The position numbers and the translations under genes are program-made. From the IMG/VR virus record IMGVR_UViG_3300002446_000089, positions 1-53,331 of that record: a DNA stretch of 53,331 bases, one strand, 5' to 3'. Shown piece by piece: positions 24,560-32,900 of this stretch; positions within the stretch are counted from its first letter, which is position 1, and the number at the start of each line of letters is the position of its first letter. The notes beneath the pieces were generated by a model that saw only the letters and a list, made by a program, of their open reading frames with translations, had not been told where the DNA came from and did no database searches. This stretch comes from a virus (Duplodnaviria; Caudoviricetes).

Positions 24560-26659
24560 CTAATTCTGAACATAATTAAACAGCCTGACTTCACGGGTTC
24601 CACTGCGTATATTGGCCGGAATCATGAAGGTTGCTGTGAACCTGCCGTTAGCGTCCGCTTTTACAGTGCCCGGGTCTGTGCCGGCCTGTGTAGGCGCAAC
24701 TGGCGTCAGGGTAACTGCCACATTATCAAACGTTGCCTGGATATTATCGGCGTTGGGCAGGAAGTTTTCACCTTTGACTGTGACAGTGCGCTGCCGGATG
24801 TATGTAATTTCCTCTTCTACTAGAATCTTAGTTTCAACTTTATTTGCACTGCCAGCGTCCCATACAGCGTCCCACACAGCGTCCCACCAATTCCATATTC
24901 CCCGGAGGATTTCCGTAACCTCAATCCAAATATCTTCGCTCGGATCGAGTAAGATAACACCGAGATTTTCCCAGACTGCGTAAGGATTGACATTCATATC
25001 CGTAGTCCCGTAGGCTTGCTGCAAAACGACCTCTTCCGTGTACGGAAGCATATACAACCTGCCTTTTAAAAGGGCTGTTGTGTTCGCTACATCTACAGTC
25101 AGATCGTGTTCTTCCCAGTTTAACGGCAGGATTAGGGATTGATTATTCGGGTCAAACATTGCGTCAAATAGTTCGTGGTATATATCTGCCTTTTCAAAGT
25201 TCACGAAGGTATCTGACATAATGCCTAATTTAGTTATATCCGGATCGCTTGTCTGTGCCTCTTTATCAAGGTCTGCTATAGCTGCGTTATATTCCGACCG
25301 TTCCAACCGCTTAAGCATTGCCCGAAGGTCCATCTGTGTCAGTCTTTTTGGTTTGTAATTGGTCACAACTGCTTCATCGCTGTCTGGAGGATAATATACT
25401 TCACCAAGCGGTAGACATAAAAGCGGAGCAATGGGCACCGATGGAGTTATTGCCGGCTGCCCCTGGACCACTACAAAGTCACCGCTGTTCTCCAAATAGT
25501 GCAGGTCCCGCCTGGCCAGATAAAAGGCATAGCTGACCTGGAACGTCGAACCGTTCACGGGCCTGTCACCGGCCAAGAAACGGGCGTTGTTGCTGTGCAG
25601 GTCATAATCTACTCCCTGTACCATTACCTTCGTGTAGCGGTAGGTTACACTGTATGTCGTTCCACCGTCTGGCTCTGCCCCTCCAGGAGACCAGTCTATA
25701 TTGTTTCCGGGCGTCAGATAATCGGTATTAAGCTGATAGGTAGTTCCTCCCTGTATGACAGATATAACACTCACAACCGGCGTGTGTGGCAGCAAGTCTT
25801 CTGTCCCGGGTATGTTACCACGGGTGATATTTTCCGTAATCTGCACTGTAGCAGTCAGCGTGTCGATCTGCTTGACCGGCGTACTGTTTAAGGGATATTC
25901 ATTCGTGCCATTGTTGTAAGTTTTTGTCTCGTTGACTACTCCCCAGGTTGTCTTCGACTTGGGTACAGTAATCCGGGTAGGGATAAGCTTATCAATCTCT
26001 CTGCCCAGGACGTAGGCTTTACCGGCCTCAATTACAAGCGAAACGTTGTCTGCATCCAGAGCTTCAACAAATGCATCCATCCCGGAAACCAGAAAATCGC
26101 CGCTGACATCGAATGTGCGCCTGGCCAGAATCGGCGTGATACCTTCAAGCTCTGGAGGAACGGCGGTCTGCATAACAACACCGTCCTGAAGCTTAAAAAC
26201 CGGGAATGCTTCCGGATCATCCTTTGCCCATGAAAGTATCGCAATCTTCCGGTCTGCCCCTGGTAAGCCGTAATTTCTGGCGCCCAGCGCAGGATCTTTT
26301 AAGGTCGGATCGTCTTCTGACGTGATGTATGAGAAGACTACCTTAAGGCCGATAACTTCCAGGCCTGATTGAGTGATCTCTACCGTGTCTTCTGCAAGGT
26401 TAAAAATCATACCTTCATAGTAGATACGTCCTGATGTGATCTTCGCCTCACTGTTTTCTGTATCTACAAGGATCTGGCATCCGTCTACTATCTTGCCTGT
26501 GCCAAACAGGACATTGCCCAGGTCGCGGTCCCGATGCAAAGACATCGCTTGAATTTCATTTAACTCTGCCGACTGCAGACGTCTGCCGGCAATAAACTCC
26601 AACATGACCCACAGACTGGCATCGTTATATCGGTTGTAATATGTCATTTGGGCCCCCAC
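24560..26659 (-). CDS. DUF4815-like baseplate protein
   Basis: YYNRY...FIAGRRLQSAELNEIQ, ARRTFDVSG, GKAYVLG, VNPY. Confidence 0.75.
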   Translation of the reverse strand: MGAQMTYYNRYNDASLWVMLEFIAGRRLQSAELNEIQAMSLHRDRDLGNVLFGTGKIVDGCQILVDTENSEAKITSGRIYYEGMIFNLAEDTVEITQSGLEVIGLKVVFSYITSEDDPTLKDPALGARNYGLPGADRKIAILSWAKDDPEAFPVFKLQDGVVMQTAVPPELEGITPILARRTFDVSGDFLVSGMDAFVEALDADNVSLVIEAGKAYVLGREIDKLIPTRITVPKSKTTWGVVNETKTYNNGTNEYPLNSTPVKQIDTLTATVQITENITRGNIPGTEDLLPHTPVVSVISVIQGGTTYQLNTDYLTPGNNIDWSPGGAEPDGGTTYSVTYRYTKVMVQGVDYDLHSNNARFLAGDRPVNGSTFQVSYAFYLARRDLHYLENSGDFVVVQGQPAITPSVPIAPLLCLPLGEVYYPPDSDEAVVTNYKPKRLTQMDLRAMLKRLERSEYNAAIADLDKEAQTSDPDITKLGIMSDTFVNFEKADIYHELFDAMFDPNNQSLILPLNWEEHDLTVDVANTTALLKGRLYMLPYTEEVVLQQAYGTTDMNVNPYAVWENLGVILLDPSEDIWIEVTEILRGIWNWWDAVWDAVWDAGSANKVETKILVEEEITYIRQRTVTVKGENFLPNADNIQATFDNVAVTLTPVAPTQAGTDPGTVKADANGRFTATFMIPANIRSGTREVRLFNYVQN

Positions 26660-26662
26660 CTC

Positions 26663-27193
26663 CTAACATTCAAGAATAAACTCGACGAATTCCTTTTTAC
26701 TCTCGCTGCGCTCAACCTTCTTCCGGTTGGTAAAGACGAGCATTGTTCCGTAGCTTTCAACCTGTGCCGGCAGTAGTACGGTTGCCCCGGGAAGAACACC
26801 TTCCGCTTTAACAACGTCCACGTAAACACACTCCTGACGATAAGTGACTACCGGAAACTGATCGTACATAAGCCAGCCGGATATATAAACCCACCGGGCT
26901 TCCTGGGCAATCATTTCCTCAAGCGAGTAGGGCGGCGTAAGCATGTGCCAGTTATATCCGGGAAATTCAATTTCCCCATTCTCATCAGGGATCACTGTGC
27001 CGATTGTTTCAGGCAAAACCAGGCCGACGATTTCAGCTATATCCTGCGTTGTAATTTCCGGGTCCGGTGGTTCATTCTCATCCGGCCAGGCGGTTGTTCT
27101 GCCTATTCCGATCCATATATCATCTTCATTGACCAGTTTATAAGCATCTCTTATACTTTTTACTAATGTCTGAGTAGATTTGGCATCAGCCAC
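26663..27193 (-). CDS. Baseplate wedge-like protein
   Basis: WIGIGRTTAWPDENEPPDP...YRQ; position in the baseplate cluster. Confidence 0.65.
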   Translation of the reverse strand: MADAKSTQTLVKSIRDAYKLVNEDDIWIGIGRTTAWPDENEPPDPEITTQDIAEIVGLVLPETIGTVIPDENGEIEFPGYNWHMLTPPYSLEEMIAQEARWVYISGWLMYDQFPVVTYRQECVYVDVVKAEGVLPGATVLLPAQVESYGTMLVFTNRKKVERSESKKEFVEFILEC

Positions 27194-27214
27194 TATTTAG
27201 ACACCTCCGTTTAT

Positions 27215-27940
27215 TTACGACATCTGCGTGGTGCAGCTTTGAGCCATAAATGATGTTTCACTGTTCCAATAAAGTTCCTCAACCCAAAAAGCAAGCGGGG
27301 AAAAAATTGATACCTTCGCTCTGTTGGCAAAAGACTTCGATGCAGCGTCAGAACGCATTTGCGACATAGCCAGAAGTATTCCGCCCGATAAGATATCAAA
27401 GTCCCAAGGCTCCGGCAAACAGAGTGGAGGAATCTCCGACAAGCTCACATAAGGTACCGCTGGGCTCTTTGGGACAGTGTTCTGGCACTTCAGCACCATC
27501 CAGTACCTGAATCCTGCCATGCCGGTTAATGCAACAAGTCGCTTGGCTACTTCAAGCTCATCAGTATCAACCCATATCTCCGAAATAAGCGGCCCATAAT
27601 AAATCCCGTCTACAAAGAAAGCATCATCCTCAGAAAGATTGATCCCGACCTCCGGGCAAAGAAACGTTGTCTCGACTGCTCCTATGCTAAGGGCCAGAAG
27701 CATTTCCAGGTTAAGGGCTCCACCACCGCGCATCTTTGCATAAACTTCGTCCCGGGTCAGGGCATCATATTCGTCCAGCCACAGCCATAGCCCTTCATCA
27801 GGGACAGTGTTGCAAAACAGTACCCGCCAGAGGTACCCGATAGCATCCGGGACTTCTTCGCCTATAGAATCCTGCAGCGCCTTCATGATACGGCTGTCCA
27901 GGTAATACCGCGGCAGATACTTAAAAAGGTCTATTGCCAT
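27215..27940 (-). CDS. Baseplate protein (XkdU/DUF2313-like)
   Basis: LFKYLPRYY; follows the baseplate J gene. Confidence 0.65.
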   Translation of the reverse strand: MAIDLFKYLPRYYLDSRIMKALQDSIGEEVPDAIGYLWRVLFCNTVPDEGLWLWLDEYDALTRDEVYAKMRGGGALNLEMLLALSIGAVETTFLCPEVGINLSEDDAFFVDGIYYGPLISEIWVDTDELEVAKRLVALTGMAGFRYWMVLKCQNTVPKSPAVPYVSLSEIPPLCLPEPWDFDILSGGILLAMSQMRSDAASKSFANRAKVSIFSPLAFWVEELYWNSETSFMAQSCTTQMS

Positions 27941-27943
27941 CAG

Positions 27944-28981
27944 CTACACCACCGTTATGTAGATATTCGGGTACAGAACACTGTCCGGTGATAATTCAAG
28001 CCTTGTTCCTTCCGGTTCGGTCAGGTAGGCATCCGTCGCTCCCGCCTGAATTAATGCTGCTATAAGTTTGGAGAAGATAACCGTCCCGCCAATTCCAACT
28101 GTGTTCAGGTATTCCGTGGCTGCATCTTCCGCTTCCAGAGCAGTAATTCCTGATACCGTAATCCTGAAGTCTTCCTCTTGAATCGTTGCGCCGATTACTA
28201 TGGCATCCACACCCAAAGGCTTCTTCAGGTCTACCACTGCCTGTACAAGAGGAACAAGATCGTCTATCTCGGCCGGTGGAGCACCGATAACTACATCTAC
28301 GCTGCCGATTCCCCGGCTTAAAGCTACAACGTGCGCAGCCTGGACCCCGGACACAGAAAGCGCCCACCGAACATAATCCGTTGCTGTGCCGCCGCGCTCC
28401 GGATTGCGTTTAAAGAAAAGAATTCTGACTCTTAGAACGTCATCTGATTCTGCATCCACGCCGCCGGTTGCAGGGCTCGGGTTGGTGACTTCCTCCACGT
28501 TGGGGATAAAGTCAACCAGAACGTTGACAACATCGTTGGGCACGTTACCGTCTGTCCCGGCCGTTGTGCATGTTGCCGGAATAGTGACCGTACCTTCCGC
28601 CCCGATGATGCCTTCCTGGTCAGTTGCGAACATGATCTCTGTCGCCTGGACTGCCACGCGTGTTCCGGCAGGTATAGTAATCCCCGGCGTCCCGGTGAAT
28701 TCCAAGCCAACCGTGGCCGGAATAGCAGCCGCCCGGGAAATGCCGAAGTCTGCAGCCATCTTATCCAGGTATTCACCTTCTGCCAGTAATGCAAAAGCCT
28801 GTTCAATCACAAACCTGAAAAACGCAGCCTGTTTGGAGTGCTCAAAGGCATTAGGCGCAACGGCGTCGTAAATATAGCTGCCTTCTGCCTTGTCGATATC
28901 ATCTGAGATACGATCAAGCAGTCTCTGTAAGATTGAAAGATAACTCTCGTCTTCGAACAACTGCGATATTGTAACGGTCAA
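27944..28981 (-). CDS. Baseplate J-like protein (XkdT-like)
   Basis: EGSYIYDAVAP, AEGEYLD, GGVDAESDDVLR, GGTATDYVRWA. Confidence 0.9.
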   Translation of the reverse strand: MTVTISQLFEDESYLSILQRLLDRISDDIDKAEGSYIYDAVAPNAFEHSKQAAFFRFVIEQAFALLAEGEYLDKMAADFGISRAAAIPATVGLEFTGTPGITIPAGTRVAVQATEIMFATDQEGIIGAEGTVTIPATCTTAGTDGNVPNDVVNVLVDFIPNVEEVTNPSPATGGVDAESDDVLRVRILFFKRNPERGGTATDYVRWALSVSGVQAAHVVALSRGIGSVDVVIGAPPAEIDDLVPLVQAVVDLKKPLGVDAIVIGATIQEEDFRITVSGITALEAEDAATEYLNTVGIGGTVIFSKLIAALIQAGATDAYLTEPEGTRLELSPDSVLYPNIYITVV

Positions 28982-28995
28982 GTATCATCACCACC

Positions 28996-29448
28996 TTAAA
29001 GGGCAATTCCTGCACTGCTGGAGAGGTTCAACTGCGATCCTCTTGCAGTAACCACTGTACAATCAAAAGCCACGTCATCCTCCAGCCAGGTAAATACAAA
29101 ATCCCCGACCGTTCCGGTCCGGGGATCAACCATCAGTGTTTCTGTAACCATCCGGGCTATCTCGCTTTCAATTGCAGCCCGGTCAAGTGCCGTCTGGAAC
29201 AAAGTTTCAAGCTCGCTTCCGTAGTCAGGGGAATAAATCACGTACCGGTACCGTATGGTTAAGAGCGCCTTCTGGCACCATTCATAATAGGCTTCAACCT
29301 CATCAGCCGCCTCAATTTTGTTTGTCGGACCAACAACGAACTCACCCTCGTCAAAATCGAACTTCCATGACTTTCCGAACTTGACTGCCCTGCTTATTTT
29401 TGCCGGTACTACTGCTGGAATACTGCCTGTTGGGAATAGATTCTCCAT
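28996..29448 (-). CDS. XkdS/DUF2634-like baseplate protein
   Basis: KFDFDEGEF...WCQKALLTIRYRYVIYSPDYGSE. Confidence 0.85.
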   Translation of the reverse strand: MENLFPTGSIPAVVPAKISRAVKFGKSWKFDFDEGEFVVGPTNKIEAADEVEAYYEWCQKALLTIRYRYVIYSPDYGSELETLFQTALDRAAIESEIARMVTETLMVDPRTGTVGDFVFTWLEDDVAFDCTVVTARGSQLNLSSSAGIAL

Positions 29449-29506
29449 TACGGATCACCTCGTTTATAAAGAAAAACCGGTCAAACTGACCGGCATACTA
29501 CCTACT

Positions 29507-30031
29507 TCACCCATCGCACCCGCCGCAACCACCGCACCCTTCACCGCATGGTGGTTTAACCTTGCATACAATAAGATGATCTTGCCCTCGATTAAACGTC
29601 GCCACCAGCACCCTGTCTCCAACTTTAAGGCCGTCCTTTGTGCGAAGTTCAACCTCGACTGTGATTTCCTTTCGTTTGGCGCCCTCAGCATCAGCCACGC
29701 CCTGCACTTCAAAATCAAACCTGGTCAGGTCGCTATATTCTGCGCCATCGCCATCTGTTCCGTCAGGGTTGACCGGAGACACCAGCCTAACAACTCGGGC
29801 AAAGTCTTTCATAACCATTTTTACTTTGAAGTCAGAGAACATGGCGTCTTTGATGGTGTCCTTGAAATTGTCTAATTTCAGCCATACGCGTTTGACTGTA
29901 TATGCGTCCTCTCCCAAGAACACTTTCGTTATAGTTCCGATCTCTGCAGCAATCCCCTGAACTGCCCTGGCAGCATTGGTAGCCATCCTGTGCTCAAGTG
30001 CTCGTACTAGGCGAGTAGTTGGAATCTCCAA
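29507..30031 (-). CDS. XkdR-like putative spike protein
   Basis: LKVGDRVLV motif; position between XkdQ-like and XkdS-like genes; Cys-rich C-terminus. Confidence 0.6.
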   Translation of the reverse strand: MEIPTTRLVRALEHRMATNAARAVQGIAAEIGTITKVFLGEDAYTVKRVWLKLDNFKDTIKDAMFSDFKVKMVMKDFARVVRLVSPVNPDGTDGDGAEYSDLTRFDFEVQGVADAEGAKRKEITVEVELRTKDGLKVGDRVLVATFNRGQDHLIVCKVKPPCGEGCGGCGGCDG

Positions 30032-31064
30032 GGTAATACTTCCTCCTTACATAATCCAGGTTACCGAGCTCCAATACGCAGTGCCCGGGACTGGACTGAT
30101 TGCCATGTTCACGCCGCAGATTAATGATCAGCAGTTCCATGGTCCCTGTAACAATATTACCGGACACATCCATCGTTCCAATTATCACCTTGTCTCCGGC
30201 TCTACTGTTGATTAGTTCATCCGACACATAGACAGTGATGATTTCTTCAATCGGCACTATCTGTTTTGCACTGGCACTGTTGGCCTCTGGGACAGTGTTC
30301 ATCCGGTCATCAATCTGAATCCTGTACTGCGTACCGTACTGTGATACCTCTCCAGCGGCACTGCCATAGACCGGTTTCCGTGTCCCGCCTCTTTGTTTGC
30401 CGACATACTTTACTCTTGTGTTCTTGTCCAGCATGGTCCGGCGCTGCTGGATTTTTTCAATATTAATCTCAGGGAGCAAAGTGGGGATTACGGAGTTGGA
30501 TCCAAGCTCAACCAGATCAAGGACCCTGTTATTACTCCGCACCCTAAACATTCTCCCGTTCTTTTTGGCAGTCTCTTCTAAGTCAGCCTTGATCATTGCA
30601 GCCAGTTTTCGTGGTCGATAGACTGCCTTGTCCAGTTTCTGTCCGGCGTCCGCTATGCTGCCCAAAGGAATGCCCCATTTATTTGCATACAACCTGAAAC
30701 GAGATGTCGCAGTCATATCGGCGCCTAACCAAACCTCGTCTTCTGATTCTAGGTACTTTGCCCTACAATAAGCTTTAATGTCCAGGTGCTTCTGGCCGGC
30801 GTTCTCGCTGTTCGTTTCATGGATAATACCGTCATACCTTACAAGATCGTTCTGCAGGGTGTCTATTATTTCTATCGTTTGCCCTGGCCCGATAAAGGGA
30901 TAGTCCTGGGTAATTGCTACCCTAATAGTCGCCCTGAGTGCTATTTCGTCAATAGATTCTTCCGTAGTAATTTTCTCAACTGTGTCGCCCAGGTAATGAG
31001 TGCCGGCAAGCCTGACATCGTACCGGAAATACTCGTCCCGGAAATCTGAAATCAAAACCAGCAC
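29994..31064 (-). CDS. XkdQ-like baseplate hub protein
   Basis: Size and position after the LysM protein; YG..Y and RAGD motifs. Confidence 0.7.
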   Translation of the reverse strand: MLVLISDFRDEYFRYDVRLAGTHYLGDTVEKITTEESIDEIALRATIRVAITQDYPFIGPGQTIEIIDTLQNDLVRYDGIIHETNSENAGQKHLDIKAYCRAKYLESEDEVWLGADMTATSRFRLYANKWGIPLGSIADAGQKLDKAVYRPRKLAAMIKADLEETAKKNGRMFRVRSNNRVLDLVELGSNSVIPTLLPEINIEKIQQRRTMLDKNTRVKYVGKQRGGTRKPVYGSAAGEVSQYGTQYRIQIDDRMNTVPEANSASAKQIVPIEEIITVYVSDELINSRAGDKVIIGTMDVSGNIVTGTMELLIINLRREHGNQSSPGHCVLELGNLDYVRRKYYLGDSNYSPSTST

Positions 31065-31068
31065 CCCC

Positions 31069-31764
31069 TTAAACTGGTATGGTCAGGACTGTTCCAATTG
31101 GTATTACCGAGAAGGGATTAGCCCCGATTACATTCCTGTTAAGCTCGTATATATCTTCCCATCTATTGCTGTCTCCAAGAAGACGGACGGCAATATCAAA
31201 AACAGTCTCACTGCTTGAGTTGACTGTATAGGTGCCCGGAGAAGTCTGGAAGTCAGCCCGCAAGCCCCTGGAAGTTCCACTCGGGAACTCCATATCCGGC
31301 CTGTTCTCGGTACCCAGAAGCCCGGCCGGGACCATCGGAGCTGTACGAACACCGACGTTGCGCCATGTCCGTGCTGTAAACTCAAAATACACGTCGCCCG
31401 GTTCCCCGCCTTTGAATGTTGATGTGTGCGCTATAACTAATACCAGGACGTTGATAATCGTCTTCGTAATGATCAACCTTACCGGGCGCCTGCTCATAGT
31501 CCAGAGTGTTAACAAATTCATTGCTGCTTGTGGGTCTGGAATGTCAGCATACTGGCAGAAAGAATCGTAGTCTCTCGGAAAAAAGGAAGAGAAGCTAATT
31601 TCTTTCAGCTTCTCACCAGTTGCAATCTCATTTTCTCCCAAATTTAATAGTGTAAATACCTCTGAAAGTTTTTCCCGTTTTATTGTTACTTCCTGCGGGT
31701 TAACAGGGAAGTGCAGAAAGCCACCCGCCCCGTCAAAAAGGTAGAAGTCCATTTGGATCACCAC
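31069..31764 (-). CDS. XkdP-like LysM tail tube initiator
   Basis: FPVNPQE, ISFSSFFP, GEPGDVY, C-terminal LysM. Confidence 0.85.
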   Translation of the reverse strand: MVIQMDFYLFDGAGGFLHFPVNPQEVTIKREKLSEVFTLLNLGENEIATGEKLKEISFSSFFPRDYDSFCQYADIPDPQAAMNLLTLWTMSRRPVRLIITKTIINVLVLVIAHTSTFKGGEPGDVYFEFTARTWRNVGVRTAPMVPAGLLGTENRPDMEFPSGTSRGLRADFQTSPGTYTVNSSSETVFDIAVRLLGDSNRWEDIYELNRNVIGANPFSVIPIGTVLTIPV

Positions 31765-31784
31765 GATTCGACATTCTTTTACAA

Positions 31785-31848
31785 AGGGAACACCTCCCGC
31801 CTGTCGAAAATGGTAATTGTCCAGACTACCAAAACAAGGAGGGAGGTG
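31785..31848 (+). promoter_or_regulatory. Sigma-H-like promoter plus conserved hairpin leader and SD (copy 2)
   Basis: AGGG-N14-GTCGAA; TGGTA/TACCA stem around TGTCCA; SD GGGAGGTG. Confidence 0.6.
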
Positions 31849-31852
31849 AAAA

Positions 31853-32095
31853 GTGTTTAATTGTCCAATTTGCGGAAGCGAATATGAAAAACTTTTAAGC
31901 GATCAATTAGCAGATCAACCAGATAGATTTGCACTTGTGCGTCTTATAATTAATGATCAGGGAAAACTGGAACAAGACCATAAAACTTCTTTAGTTCTTA
32001 ACGCCTTTCATTGCCCTAAATGTGGCCATTTATCTCTTCACGCCGAAAAAACGCTTGAAAAGTTTCTGAATGAAGCCAAGTATCGGCAAAGATAA
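31853..32095 (+). CDS. Small zinc-ribbon moron protein
   Basis: CPICG...CPKCG; strong SD; opposite strand within the tail module. Confidence 0.7.
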   Translation: MFNCPICGSEYEKLLSDQLADQPDRFALVRLIINDQGKLEQDHKTSLVLNAFHCPKCGHLSLHAEKTLEKFLNEAKYRQR

Positions 32096-32248
32096 TTTAT
32101 GGGTTTGCCGTTCTCGCTGCAACTCCTGTTCCAAGCCTCTTACGGTAAGATCGTCAGTTACGACACGGCTCTTCATATTGGCGTAAGCTTTCGAAAAACG
32201 TTCATAATCAAATTCGTCTAATAATGGTGTCTCCTGCATACTTTGCAA
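32030..32248 (-). CDS. Hypothetical protein
   Basis: ORF convergent with and overlapping the zinc-ribbon gene. Confidence 0.45.
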   Translation of the reverse strand: MQSMQETPLLDEFDYERFSKAYANMKSRVVTDDLTVRGLEQELQRERQTHKLSLPILGFIQKLFKRFFGVKR

Positions 32249-32263
32249 CCCCTTTTTTCAAAT

Positions 32264-32294
32264 ACAAAGGCACCCCGGAGAAGGGTGCCTTTGT
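32264..32294. terminator. Hairpin terminator after the lipoprotein gene
   Basis: ACAAAGGCACCC-cggagaa-GGGTGCCTTTGT. Confidence 0.7.
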
Positions 32295-32324
32295 GAGTGA
32301 CGTTTAAGACATTATAGTGCTCAT

Positions 32325-32825
32325 CTACTTTAGTTCCTGGGCAAGAGGAAATCCGTCCTGATCATCTATTTCCACTCGGCCAACAATATCTCCAGCTAAA
32401 ATGGTCCTGGCTAAAAAAACCGCTGCGTTTTTGCCTTCATCATCACGATAAATATCGGTTTTTACCACAGCCCATTTATCCTGTCCATCGGAATATGCCT
32501 TTATTTCTTTAATCAAGCTATACCATGAAGTTTCATATTCAGGATTACCATTGCCGCCGTAATTTTCAAACATATATTTCTTTAATTCTTCTGTTAAGGC
32601 TTTGTCATAATCTGTGGTCTGTTCCTGCTGCGGCTTTGTTTCCTGTGTTTTGGTAACCTGCCCTTGGTTTGTATCCTGATTTTGCTTTTGCTCAGGCTTC
32701 TTTGCAGTAACCTTATCAGATCCCGTGTCAATAGATGGAGCTCCACTACATCCCGCTATACCCAGGATTAAGGCTACAAAACATATCACCAAGAATACCC
32801 TTTTCAAGAAACCACCCCACCTCAA
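32325..32825 (-). CDS. Lipoprotein moron (possible superinfection exclusion)
   Basis: Signal peptide with lipobox IAGC; Gln/Thr/Lys linker; AT-rich; own sigma-H-like promoter at 32841-32864. Confidence 0.75.
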   Translation of the reverse strand: MRWGGFLKRVFLVICFVALILGIAGCSGAPSIDTGSDKVTAKKPEQKQNQDTNQGQVTKTQETKPQQEQTTDYDKALTEELKKYMFENYGGNGNPEYETSWYSLIKEIKAYSDGQDKWAVVKTDIYRDDEGKNAAVFLARTILAGDIVGRVEIDDQDGFPLAQELK

Positions 32826-32900
32826 TAAATTACTAGAGGTTTCGACAAAATATTTCTTATCCCTTTATTTTCCTGCCGACAAATACCGACAATATCTTAC

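Noticed and set aside
24852-24887. 12-nt tandem repeat encoding WDAV x3
   Set aside because: Short in-frame slippage repeat in a structural gene with no sign of further function
21854-26659. Diversity-generating retroelement or invertible tail-fibre system
   Set aside because: No reverse transcriptase, no adenine-specific TR/VR pair and no invertase seen; the repeats are in-frame protein repeats
31767-31795. Fourth sigma-H-like promoter for the LysM gene (GTCGAAT on the minus strand)
   Set aside because: The AGG element is not at the spacing seen in the other three sites
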